DNA from: a virus
Virus record (IMG/VR): IMGVR_UViG_3300046542_000086
Span: 17,696 to 81,695 of that record
Length of the DNA stretch: 64,000 bases
Strand: one strand, 5' to 3'
Part shown: piece after piece, positions 18,577 to 29,200 of the stretch
Numbering within the stretch: the stretch's first letter is position 1
How the letters are laid out: the number at the start of each line of letters is the position of its first letter
Position numbers and translations under genes: made by a program
The notes under the pieces: generated by a model
What the model saw: only the letters and a program-made list of their open reading frames with translations
Told to the model about the DNA's origin: nothing
The model's database searches: none

Positions 18577-20028
18577 TTAGGCGGCTGGGTTAACGCGGTC
18601 AGCAGTGATCAGAGTAGCAACCCAGTTCGGGATGTATTCGATCATTGCCAGCAAGCCAGCTTCACGAAGATCCAGAGTTGGGTTTTCTTTGGCCGCTGTG
18701 TCGAGCATGGTGAGGATTTCCAGCGCATCGGTGTGCGGGAACATCACGTTGCAGATCACTTTACGGCAAGTGGTGAACAGGCAGTCTTCGTACCAGTTGT
18801 TCGGCATGTCCTTCACGTAAGCGTGCAGGGACGTCACGTAGATGCTGCGCTCGGTAACCAACAGGTCATCTGGCAGAGCAGCGATCTGTTGTTCCACACC
18901 ACGTACCAGGCCGGTCAGGTAATGGTTAGCCTTTTGCAGACGCAGGTTGGTGTTCATCACACGTTCCTGACTTTCCCACACTTTGACGTACTGGTCTTTA
19001 CGCTCGAGCAGCATGTCGTAGTTGTAGTTACGATCGGTCAGGAAAGCCCCGAACAACACTTCAGGAGAACCACCGGCTTCGAGGAACGTGCCGTAGATGT
19101 CGCCGTTCACGCGGATAACAATCGGAGTCACACCGATGTCGTCTTCGCGGTACTGGGTCCAATCGTTGATCAGCACCTTACGCTTGGCAGCAGCTTCACG
19201 ACGCTCGAGGATACGTACCAACGCACGGCCCGATTGGGCGATGATGTCAGAGACGTACTCTTTATAGTCGTTGAGGCTGGCACGGATACCTTCCGGCACC
19301 ACTTCCAACAGCTTGAGAGCCATCAGGTGGATCAACAGAACCTGGTTCGGTTCAACGTACAGGTGGTTCAGGTGCGACAACAGCGACGGGTTGTAGTCGG
19401 CGTCCTGGGTCACGAACAACTTGTTGTACAGGCTGGTGATGTAGTTCTCTGGCAGGGTAGCCACGAACTCAGTCAGCTCAGTGTTGAAGCGGGTGATCCC
19501 GGTTTCGATCAGCGCAGTAGGACTGGCCATGTTTTCCGGCAGTGGAACAGCGATTGCCATCTTGATGTCTTTGACGGCAGTTTCGTTGTAACGCTCGATC
19601 ATCCCCTGGAGGTAATGGCTACCCCAGATGGAGTGGTAAGTGTCAGCACGCACCGAGATCGCAGTGTTCTTCAGAGTCATCGCCGAAGCGGTGTAGTCTT
19701 CGATGAACTGTACGGTGGTGTGGACGCATGGGTTAACTTGGTTACGGGCCAAGTCCAGACCCCAAGTCACGGTACGCTTGAGGACTTCCACAACTTCGTC
19801 CATGACGAGGTCGTGTTCACACACGCCTTGGGCGTTCTTGCTCACGCTACCAAACTGGATGCGCTCTTCAGCCGACATCTCCATGCTACCCACGTCGGGG
19901 TTAGGCAGGTAGCCAGCAGAGATCAAGGTGGCCAACGGCGTGCCAGTGATGGCTTTCAGTTGAACGCCTTTCTTTTCCAGCTTGTCCGCCAGAGCGATAG
20001 CTGCTGTTAAGGAATTGTAGTTAAGCAT
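18577..20028 (-). CDS. conserved phiKZ-like protein (gp177-like)
   Basis: 483 aa; synteny; strong codon bias. Confidence 0.65.
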   Translation of the reverse strand: MLNYNSLTAAIALADKLEKKGVQLKAITGTPLATLISAGYLPNPDVGSMEMSAEERIQFGSVSKNAQGVCEHDLVMDEVVEVLKRTVTWGLDLARNQVNPCVHTTVQFIEDYTASAMTLKNTAISVRADTYHSIWGSHYLQGMIERYNETAVKDIKMAIAVPLPENMASPTALIETGITRFNTELTEFVATLPENYITSLYNKLFVTQDADYNPSLLSHLNHLYVEPNQVLLIHLMALKLLEVVPEGIRASLNDYKEYVSDIIAQSGRALVRILERREAAAKRKVLINDWTQYREDDIGVTPIVIRVNGDIYGTFLEAGGSPEVLFGAFLTDRNYNYDMLLERKDQYVKVWESQERVMNTNLRLQKANHYLTGLVRGVEQQIAALPDDLLVTERSIYVTSLHAYVKDMPNNWYEDCLFTTCRKVICNVMFPHTDALEILTMLDTAAKENPTLDLREAGLLAMIEYIPNWVATLITADRVNPAA

Positions 20029-20030
20029 GG

Positions 20031-20225
20031 TTACACCACCCCTTGGTCTTTCGACAGACGACGTTGAATGGTCGCCGCGATGGCGCTCTTCATGGTAGCT
20101 GGAGGAATCTTTTTCCCGTTGACAGTGTTGGACACTGCTTCACCGGCTACTGCCAGAATCAGACAGGCTGACAGTTCAATGGCGTTACCCAAAACGGTCA
20201 GGTTTTGTTCAGTTACTTTGTTCAT
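20031..20225 (-). CDS. small hypothetical protein
   Basis: 64 aa filling the gap, co-oriented with the operon. Confidence 0.6.
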   Translation of the reverse strand: MNKVTEQNLTVLGNAIELSACLILAVAGEAVSNTVNGKKIPPATMKSAIAATIQRRLSKDQGVV

Positions 20226-20278
20226 AAGAAGAACCCGATTGAGAGTTAACGTAGATCAGGGGCCGAAGCCCCTAACCA

Positions 20279-23200
20279 CTAACCTTTTTTGTACGCCTCT
20301 ACTACCTTCTTGCTCAACACCTTCAACAACGTGGTGGTGGTCCCGATTAACTCAGGAGAGAGACAGATCCGGTTTGAGAAACTGGTGTACGAGAAGATGG
20401 CGTCCAAGTCTTCGCCGGATTCAGTCTGGTTACGACCTGACATTACCCGACCAAAGATCGTCTTCATCTGGTTAACGAAGACACCCTTGTCACCCACCCC
20501 AGCAGACACACGAGTCGTGATGTAAACGCGAATAGCCATAGAATCCATGTTCAAAGGATTCCCTGCCACTCGCAAAGCACCGTCGACGCTACCTGTTAGC
20601 ACTTTACGGTTGAGGTTCTTGGAGAGCTTAGCACGCTCCTTGTCACCCAGATCCGCAATCGCCCGCAGGCTTGGAGACATGTCTTCTTTGTCCCCATTGT
20701 AGAACACTTCGATCCGTTCAATCACACCGTTGTGCTTGGCTTTAGGGGTTTGAGCCCCGAGCAAACGCAGTGTATCAATGGTGTCTTCATCGAACAGTTC
20801 GGTGTTCGCCGTAACAGCGTCTTCGATAGTACATAAAATATCTTCACTATCGACCGTTTGCCCTGTTTTGACGAAGTTACGAACCGTCTGGTCAAACGTC
20901 AGAACGATGTCACGGATCTCGGTGACCGAGGTAGTCATCAACTTAGCAACACGCTCAGAGATGACCGAGGAGTCTTCCAGGGTGTCCGCACATTCCAGAA
21001 TGGCTGTCCGAACCATCACACCCGTTTTCATCGAAACCTGTTTAGGGTTCAGCGTAGACGGTTGGAAGTACAGAGTGTTGTAGGAAACAACGTCACCGGC
21101 TTTAACCTTCTGACCCAACTTCAGATCAGTGGCGATGTTGTGTGGGAACGTCTTACCCGCTACCGTACCGAAGCGACGACCTAACTCAACCGAACGAGTA
21201 GTCCCGTCCTTATAAGTAACAGTGATCGCATCATCTGACAACGCAGTGATAGTTCCGTCCAATTGCGCAGTGTAAGCGAACAAGTCGTTCACCCGGTGAG
21301 CAATGACTTCGTCGTAGCCAGTTTGTACTGGTTGGACTTGGTAGCCTTCCGAGAACATTGTCGAGTGATACTGAATGCCGATGAAGTTAACCCGTTTCGG
21401 GTCATCACGGTCAGCACAAGGCGACACCAACGCAGCGGTAGAGATCAGCTTAGTAGCACCGTCCTCACCTGAGCGATAACGACGAGAGATACCACGCAGC
21501 GACGTGAAGCTTGGGTCAGCTGTGAGGAACGTTGAGATAGCTACGTCACCAGAGTCCACGGTCGACTCAGAGATTACCCCCATGTCGTTTGGATGGAACA
21601 CCCGAGAACGTTTAACCATCGAACGACGGCTACGACCACCCACACCACCAAAGGTTACGGCTTCCTGAGTACGCAGACACTCGATCGGGTTGGACTCTTC
21701 CACCAGACCTTTCGAGGGGTCTTCTTGAATAGCCTGCCAGATAGCGTGTGGAGCCATCTCTAGTTTGTTACCTGAACTACCACGACGAGCATTGTGGATA
21801 CGGGTAGATCTCACTACCTCAGCATACACAGCACCGGCGATACGCTCGTAGCCTTTGATCCGCATGAACTCCATGTCAGTCTCAGCTGGAGCCCAGTCAG
21901 TGATCAACAGTTCCACAGCACGGGTCAACAAACCTTCCCATTGCGTTGGTTCCTTCATCTCAACCAGCAGGTCGTAAGTGACAGGGTCAACAAACATATC
22001 CCGCAGCAAGTCCAGTTCACGCAAGTAGCGTACACCGATCTTGTTGGTTTCCAGAACGTTGAGGTACACGTCCTTACGGTTGAAGTCTTGAACGCTGTAG
22101 TTCTTGATGGTCTTAGCGTAGGTGTTGAAACCTTCCATCAACAACGCAATGACTTTATCGTCACGGTGGAAGATCAAGTTCTCATCAGCAAAGCGAACAG
22201 CGTACTCACCGTCTGCCAACTTCAGTCGTTCACCGACTGGAGAGCGGCGGAACGAGGTAGGCTTCAGAGACTTAATGATGCGCTCCAAACCTAGGTAGTA
22301 GCTGAGCACCATACCCAACGGAATGGTCTTGTTGAACACACGCAGTTCAGCCATCTCCATTGGGGCTGTAGAGATGTCGAGTTCCAACAGCTCTTCGATC
22401 TTGCCGAGTGGTTCCAGACCTTTGGCTTTAACAGCGTACAGAGTGTCGTAGTGGTCCACTACAATCAGTTCCGTACCCTTACGACCAATCACTACTACGC
22501 CTTTGCCTTCCGCAGCTTGCACTGCTTTAGCACCGAACTCTTCTTCGCGCTTGGTGTACTCCAGCACAAAGTCAATCCCCACCGCTTTGAAACGACGGAA
22601 GTGTTGAGCCAGTGTTGAGTAAAGCTTAGGTACGCTCACCAGTTGGTCAAAGACGTTAGACGGTTTCATTTCCGTCACACGCTTGTCGCTGTCATCCAGT
22701 CCGATAGCACGGATTTTGTTGCACAGCCATTTCGGGTAATCGTTTACTGCTCGCTCAGATCGATCAACGAACACTTTACCGTAATAGCTAGTGAGAGCAA
22801 CACGGGACGGAGAGACCTTGCGAATCGGGACATCGCCACGTTGCTTGCGTAGGCTGTACCGTACGCCGTTTGCCAGATAAGAACCATCAGGGTCCACCTT
22901 AGGAATTTTGAATCGGATAGTCGATGACTGACCAGTTGCAGGTGTCAGTTTGATCGTGTGAATCTCGTAGTGGTTGAGAACGTCTTCTACGTCTTCTACG
23001 TCGTACGAGGTCACCGCCACACCAGCGTTCTGGATGGACATTACCGAGTTCACAACGTCTTTGGGCAGAATGTTTTCAATGTAACGTTTATCGAACTCCA
23101 GCAACGAGGACTGAAGCATCGACTTGTCAAACACGGTTGGTGAATCAGGAATCAACACCGGCTTGGTGATCTTGAGCGACTCAGGGTTGATAACCATGTG

Positions 23201-24547
23201 GTCAGCCAGAGTTCCTTTACCGTACGGGTTAGGGATCTCTTTATAGCTGTTGGCAAGTTTCATCAGACGACGATACTCAGCCCCCGAGACCATACCAGAG
23301 TCGGCCAGTTCATTAGCCTTCTCGATGATCCCTTGGTCCATGCCTTTGCGTTCACCACCGATGACGATCAGTTCAGCCGTAGCCGACTCTTCAGCAGCCG
23401 CTTCAGTGTTCTCCGCAATCTGAGTCAAACCAGCAAGGTCTTTCTCCAGATCCTCGTCCATCAAGCCATCAGCTTTAGCTTGATCCAAGTCTTCACGCAG
23501 GTGACGCTCAACCTCTTCAGCAAAGCTGGCATCAGAGATGGATTCTTCCTCTTCGGTCAATACAACCGGAGCGGTGTCTTCCAAACGCTTCTTGACGGTC
23601 TTGGTCCCTTTGTCGTTTTCCACGGCATCAGGATGCAGGTCGTCTTCGTCCAGTTCCTCGTTATCAGCTTCATCCTCGATCTCAACGATCGTGTGGGCTT
23701 CTTGCAAGGACATCATGGCTTTGAGGAAACGTTTCTGCAAGACGAAAGGATCAACCCCTTCAGTCTTCTTGCCGTTGACAATCTTGGCACGCCACGAGTC
23801 CAACAGACCCAAGTTGATGGTGAACCATTTGTCTTGGCTTTGGAAGATCAGGTTGACTTTGTCGAGGTTAGCTTCCTTGACGTGAGCCATCGGCGTCTCA
23901 GCACGGTGTTCACCCAACCACTGGTACATGTCCAGCAAGTTGAAAGCTTCCCAACCCTTGAGCTTACCCAACGAGTTACGGTCGATGTTCTTTTCAGCCA
24001 ACATCAACGCTGGGAGTGCTGGGATCACCTGAGGCAACAGCATCCGTACAAACTGCTGACGCTCAGGTTGTTTGTCGATCAGCTGGTCAATGTGTTTCCA
24101 CATCGTGTGGCGAATGTTCACCCAACGATAGTAGTTGGCAAAGAAGCTCGACGTGTAGCGCTTGGTGAACAGTAGTGGAGCAAAGTTCTCCAGTACCAAC
24201 GTCCGAGGGTTAGCGAACGCCGATTGAGGGTTAGTCAACAGACGCATCTTGCTACGGTTCTTACGCTGGTAGTCCCGCAGTGGTTTACCAATCAGGAACT
24301 GGGCTACCTTCGGGTTACCAACGTCGCTCTGCATGTCAAAGATGTGCTCAACGAACACGATCTTCTCAGCAGTCTTGATCAGCGGGTCTTCAACGGACGG
24401 ACCGAAGTTGACCATGTCTTCAGGGAAGTAGTTGACCACCGCCCCTTGGGGGAGTGTTAACTTACCGATCCCAAACGTAACAGGTACCGTGAAATTCGGT
24501 AAGCGACGCACACCAAACCGACGGTACCAAATAGGGTACAGAATCAT
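20279..24547 (-). CDS. virion RNA polymerase beta-like subunit, N-terminal part (phiKZ gp178-like)
   Basis: 1422 aa with RpoB-like motifs ESTVDSGDVA, DRDDPKRVNF, EDSSVIS, GVGDKGVF. Confidence 0.9.
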   Translation of the reverse strand: MILYPIWYRRFGVRRLPNFTVPVTFGIGKLTLPQGAVVNYFPEDMVNFGPSVEDPLIKTAEKIVFVEHIFDMQSDVGNPKVAQFLIGKPLRDYQRKNRSKMRLLTNPQSAFANPRTLVLENFAPLLFTKRYTSSFFANYYRWVNIRHTMWKHIDQLIDKQPERQQFVRMLLPQVIPALPALMLAEKNIDRNSLGKLKGWEAFNLLDMYQWLGEHRAETPMAHVKEANLDKVNLIFQSQDKWFTINLGLLDSWRAKIVNGKKTEGVDPFVLQKRFLKAMMSLQEAHTIVEIEDEADNEELDEDDLHPDAVENDKGTKTVKKRLEDTAPVVLTEEEESISDASFAEEVERHLREDLDQAKADGLMDEDLEKDLAGLTQIAENTEAAAEESATAELIVIGGERKGMDQGIIEKANELADSGMVSGAEYRRLMKLANSYKEIPNPYGKGTLADHMVINPESLKITKPVLIPDSPTVFDKSMLQSSLLEFDKRYIENILPKDVVNSVMSIQNAGVAVTSYDVEDVEDVLNHYEIHTIKLTPATGQSSTIRFKIPKVDPDGSYLANGVRYSLRKQRGDVPIRKVSPSRVALTSYYGKVFVDRSERAVNDYPKWLCNKIRAIGLDDSDKRVTEMKPSNVFDQLVSVPKLYSTLAQHFRRFKAVGIDFVLEYTKREEEFGAKAVQAAEGKGVVVIGRKGTELIVVDHYDTLYAVKAKGLEPLGKIEELLELDISTAPMEMAELRVFNKTIPLGMVLSYYLGLERIIKSLKPTSFRRSPVGERLKLADGEYAVRFADENLIFHRDDKVIALLMEGFNTYAKTIKNYSVQDFNRKDVYLNVLETNKIGVRYLRELDLLRDMFVDPVTYDLLVEMKEPTQWEGLLTRAVELLITDWAPAETDMEFMRIKGYERIAGAVYAEVVRSTRIHNARRGSSGNKLEMAPHAIWQAIQEDPSKGLVEESNPIECLRTQEAVTFGGVGGRSRRSMVKRSRVFHPNDMGVISESTVDSGDVAISTFLTADPSFTSLRGISRRYRSGEDGATKLISTAALVSPCADRDDPKRVNFIGIQYHSTMFSEGYQVQPVQTGYDEVIAHRVNDLFAYTAQLDGTITALSDDAITVTYKDGTTRSVELGRRFGTVAGKTFPHNIATDLKLGQKVKAGDVVSYNTLYFQPSTLNPKQVSMKTGVMVRTAILECADTLEDSSVISERVAKLMTTSVTEIRDIVLTFDQTVRNFVKTGQTVDSEDILCTIEDAVTANTELFDEDTIDTLRLLGAQTPKAKHNGVIERIEVFYNGDKEDMSPSLRAIADLGDKERAKLSKNLNRKVLTGSVDGALRVAGNPLNMDSMAIRVYITTRVSAGVGDKGVFVNQMKTIFGRVMSGRNQTESGEDLDAIFSYTSFSNRICLSPELIGTTTTLLKVLSKKVVEAYKKG

Positions 24548-24550
24548 GGG

Positions 24551-26179
24551 TTAATCTCCGGTCATATTTCTCAAAACAAGTTGTACGGTGGTGACGTTAC
24601 TGGAAGCACGGAAGCCACCACGAGGATCAAGGAACGCCTCACGACTGTCCAAGAGACGGTCGATCTCAGCAATCGCTTCAGAGGTATAGACCAGAGTCGA
24701 CGACGCCGTGTCACCGTCATAGTCCGCACCCAAGCCTGCGATACGAGACGGGTGGATTACTTGACTGTCTACGAAAGCATTCGGAACACGAGTCGGGAAC
24801 TCCAATGCGAGTGGTCCCTCAACTGGTGTCCAAGTAGCATCCAGTTCAGTACGCACTTCACCACGGATACTGGTCTTGCAATACACAGTGGATGGGTAGG
24901 TCGAACCAATACCGGTTACGGGGTAACGCGTCACGATACTCTTCAGGGTGTTCCACTTGTGGTAACCCGAGAGGTAAAGGAGTTCCACCAGAGTCAGTGG
25001 CTCGACGTATTGACGATCGTAACCTTCGGGGAGTTCATTGATGTCGCCAAAGATACGGAACGTCATGTCCGGACCTTTATAGATCAGCCCGAGGTAACGT
25101 CCTTCCACCAAGATTGGCTTGTGACGGTTCTCAACGATCCGATACGACTCAATGACTTTCTCCAAACCTTCCACAGTGATCCAACGGTCACGAGTGTCCG
25201 AAGGCAAGTCAACCATTTCCGACTTGAGGGTTTTGACATCTACCAGTCTCGCAGTAGTAGCCGAACCACCCACGGAGAACACTTCACCCAACCAACCGGT
25301 ACGCAACAGGTTAATGGTCAGAGGCAGGGCACCTTTAATCACTTGGAACAACCCAAGGATTGTATCGGTGTAGTCAGGAGCCTGAACGCCATCCAAGTCA
25401 GCTGTGGAAGTATCCATCGCCGAGATTACGTTTCGAGTACCGTTAAAGATACGACGAGAACCGAACTTCTCTTGGATGAAACCTTTCTTGCCGGTTATCA
25501 TTCCGAGGATGGTGTCGTAGACGTCGTTGAAGCCTTGCTGGAGAGACTTGCGACTGTTGTCGTACAACGACGAGGTCTCTGCTCCATCAGCCCCTACGAT
25601 GACCTTAGAGGCCCCGAGGATGCGACGGTACACGTCGTTGATTTCGTCCTCAGTACCACGACCACTGGCATCAATAACAAAGTCACGCAGACCAGCTGGC
25701 ATGACCAAGATTTGTTTGGTGGTGGAGATAGGGAGATACTTATCAATCATCTTCACCCGTTCAGTCCGCACAGGAGACTTCGACGGTTTGAACTTGATCT
25801 TCTTCCAGTGTTTGAGAAAGAAAGCGTAGCCGGTTTCACCCGTCATTTCGTTAGCAGGAACGAAGTCGTTTTCTTCATTACTCCACTGGGCATAAGCAGT
25901 GCCGCCCATGATGTCACGATACAGAGAACGCAACTGCACCAAAGCGCGGTAAATAGTAGGATGAAGGACATTCAAATGCATGTCGATATAAGAGAACTTC
26001 TGGTCTCGAATTTCGTCACCTACACGCCCGAATGTCAGCACACTGAAGAGCCCATCCTCATGAAAGTTACCGGTCACTGGATCGTACACATCCGGCGATT
26101 TTACTGGACGTAACGTCTTGAGTTTCTCTGGAGTAAGATTCAAGATGGAAACGTTAAAAGGAATCTGACTATTTTTCAT
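24551..26179 (-). CDS. virion RNA polymerase beta'-like catalytic subunit (phiKZ gp180-like)
   Basis: GLFS...FG, GKKGFIQ...RRIFNGTRNVI, TRYP, catalytic GADYDGD. Confidence 0.92.
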   Translation of the reverse strand: MKNSQIPFNVSILNLTPEKLKTLRPVKSPDVYDPVTGNFHEDGLFSVLTFGRVGDEIRDQKFSYIDMHLNVLHPTIYRALVQLRSLYRDIMGGTAYAQWSNEENDFVPANEMTGETGYAFFLKHWKKIKFKPSKSPVRTERVKMIDKYLPISTTKQILVMPAGLRDFVIDASGRGTEDEINDVYRRILGASKVIVGADGAETSSLYDNSRKSLQQGFNDVYDTILGMITGKKGFIQEKFGSRRIFNGTRNVISAMDTSTADLDGVQAPDYTDTILGLFQVIKGALPLTINLLRTGWLGEVFSVGGSATTARLVDVKTLKSEMVDLPSDTRDRWITVEGLEKVIESYRIVENRHKPILVEGRYLGLIYKGPDMTFRIFGDINELPEGYDRQYVEPLTLVELLYLSGYHKWNTLKSIVTRYPVTGIGSTYPSTVYCKTSIRGEVRTELDATWTPVEGPLALEFPTRVPNAFVDSQVIHPSRIAGLGADYDGDTASSTLVYTSEAIAEIDRLLDSREAFLDPRGGFRASSNVTTVQLVLRNMTGD

Positions 26180-26240
26180 TGGTAACTCTCAGGAATTTAT
26201 ATGAATACCAATACTTCACCCAAGAGCCGGGAGCGTAACC

Positions 26241-29200
26241 ATGGCTAAGGATAAGAACGAATTTGGGGATGATGACGATCTGAAGTGGGATGACTTAGAC
26301 TTTGGGGATGACTTTCCCGACTTCGATGCGCCTCCGCCAGCAGACGATCGTAAACCAGTGGTTAAGGTAGCGACCTCTTTCTTGAAGGGTGCTGCCGAAG
26401 AACTCACTGACCCCACCAGAGTCCGTAAAATGGCCCTGGATGCGTTACCTGAAGGCTATGGCAAAGCAGCTAATCTCGCCGATACCATAGCGTCAACGGG
26501 ACGCGAACTATACCATACGACCGCCGAGGAATTGAAGCCCGTAATTAAAGACGCAAAGCGCGTTGCTAGACGGGTTCTACCGCTGACCAAAAGTCTGTTG
26601 CCAGAGAAACTCCAGAAGAAACTGGAGGACATGACTTCTGACAACGAGTACAAAGGTCCAAGCGTTGAACAGACTCGGGACTCACAGATCAACTCTGAAG
26701 TTGCGGACATCTTCAAACTCCAAATGGAGAATGACGCCCGTGACAAAGCAGAGGACGAAGTAGCTGACCAAACCAAACGCAAACAGGACACGGCTCGGTT
26801 TAAGACTGAGTTGCAAACCCTGAATGCGATCTTGGGTGGCGTGAACCGTCAAGTGGCTTACCAAGACCAGATTGCCTCGAAGTACCAGCGTAAACATCTG
26901 GAGCTTCAGTTCCTTCAATACTTCACCCTGCGTGACACTTACGAGTTGCACAAGGCTTCTGCTAAAGAGACCAAGTCCCAACTCGACAACGTGATCAAGA
27001 ACACTGGCTTGCCTGAGTTTGCGAAATCAAACGTAACTGAGCATGCGGGTCACTTGTTCCGTGAACGGTTGCTCAACGCAGCGTCGTCGAAGGTGAACCA
27101 GTTCGCTAAAGGGTACATCGATAAGTACAAAGACAACATCATCAAGAAAGGCAAGGAACAGATCGGTGCCTTTAAAGATGGCGCTATGCAAGGTCTGACC
27201 GGCGTCGACATGTTGCTAGACTCGCGTGAGCAGATGGCTGACATGGGTGAAGGCGGAGACGCTTACACTGGTGGCGGGAAGATGCTCGGCGGGATGGCTG
27301 GTGGTTGGTTAGGGAGTAAAGTCTCTAAGCTGGCTAAGCCTCTGTTGGAACGTAATCCAGGGATTGCTAAATGGGGCAACAAACTGGAATACGGTGTCGA
27401 TAACTTTGCCTCGTTGTCTTCTGATTGGGCGAAGAGTGACAAGGGCGAGAACACCGGGATGGATTGGTGGAACAAAGCTCTACGGGGCTTTAAAGACCTT
27501 TCCCCGACTGAGGTGGTTGACTCCAGTCTCGGCGACTCTGACCTGACTCGTTCACAAGACGCCGTACCGTTCAACCATCTGGCACGCAAAACCCTCACGG
27601 ACATTATCCCTGGCTACCTGTCGCGGATTCACCATGAGTTGGCTATCATCCGTACAGGAGATCCTTCGCTTAAACGCCTAGGCTACGACCTGAAGGATGG
27701 TGGGTTTGCTTCGATGGATAAAGTCACCAAGTCGATGGGTTCGGTGCTGTTCGATCAGACCAAGAACTTCGATAAGGTTAAAGGCACTACCAACAACCTG
27801 ATTGATGGGTTGGAAAAGCAACACGGGCAAAAGTTCTCTGACACCCAACGCAAAGCTCTCTATGACAAGTTCATTGGCGAAGCAGCTTCGGGGCAGGGTC
27901 GTTTTGACGTCAAGAAGTTCGCAGACGTTGACCAATGGAAGGACCTCAGTGATGAGGACGCTCTGAAGCTCTCCTACATGTTCAGTGATGACGTGGGTGA
28001 AGAGCAACAGAATAAATACTCGAAAGAGTTCTTGAAGATCCGTGAAGGCGTCAACAACCCGACCGACGCTATTAAAGGTCTGATTGATTCTGGTCAACTC
28101 GAGAGTATGCGAGCACTGGGGCTAGTTACGGGTGAGGGTGACGGTCGCAAGGTATCACAAGAGCGTATCGTAGACATCCTACGTAATGGAGGTTTCGGTG
28201 AGCCAACTGATGAAGGAACTCCTCCTCCTAACGGTTCTCCTCCTAGTCCTGACAGCCGTCCAGGCGGTGGAGGCCCTCTTGGCGGTCTTCGTAATGCCAA
28301 CGACGCTCCTAAAGGCGCTGGCCAGAAAGATGGGGGGATAGACACACCTAAGAATCCTAATGAGTTCATGGAGGTCATTGGGGAATACCAAATGCTGTTG
28401 CTGGAAGACATCCGTAAGGGGATTGCTAACCCAGCCGCACTCTCTCAATACGCCGAGGCTGCACGCAATGCTCCGGGCGCTACTGAAGAGACGTGTGAGT
28501 GTGTGGACAAGATGGTGGAGGCGTATAAAGCTGGTAACGATGAGCTGGTGCAACACTTAGCTAACGTGTACGAGCTGCTGGCTTCTGGGCAACTGCAAAC
28601 CATGTCGATGAGTATGCCGTTTGACCCTGAGCGTTTCAACACGGTAGGCGGTCACCTAGGTCGTGGGTTGAGCAAACTCAAAGGGGCTGGTAAGTGGGGC
28701 TTGGGCAAAGTTACTGGTTTCTATGGCTCGATGCTGTCCATGCAAAAGAACCTCCTCAAAGGTGGGGTGAAAGGTGCGTGGTCTGCTGCTAAGGGTGCAG
28801 GCAATCTGCTTCTGGGTAGAGCCAAAGACCAACTGAACGAATGGGGTGACGTCTACATTAAAGGACAGGGTCGACCTATCCTGACGTGGGCTCAACTCAA
28901 GGCTGGTGAATACTTAAACGAAGACGGTACGCCGATTACTTCGTGGAAGGACGTCAAAGGTCCAGTGAAGAACAAAGCGGGTCAGTACGTTCTGACAGCT
29001 GAGCAGTTTGCAAAAGGCTTGGTCGACGAACACGCTCGTCCGATGTTCACCAAGATCAAAGACTTCGGGATGAAATGGGCTGGCCGTTTGAGCAGCTTCG
29101 TGACGTCTCCGTTCCGTGGAATGAAAGACGCTATCAAAGGCACTTTCAACACAGTCAAGGACTTTGTAGAACGTCCACGCGACATGTACCTGCCGGGCAA

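Noticed and set aside
24581-26113. 510-aa plus-strand ORF opposite the vRNAP beta' gene (also 18733-20010, 23198-24175, 9247-10206, 56322-57194)
   Set aside because: These are antisense shadows. Biased genes avoid TTA, CTA and TCA codons, which leaves the antisense frame open. They show no RBS, no motifs and atypical composition.
20279-26179. Introns or inteins in the RNAP genes (also checked in terminase and UvsX)
   Set aside because: The frames are continuous, of expected size, and show no intein splice motifs or homing-endonuclease motifs.
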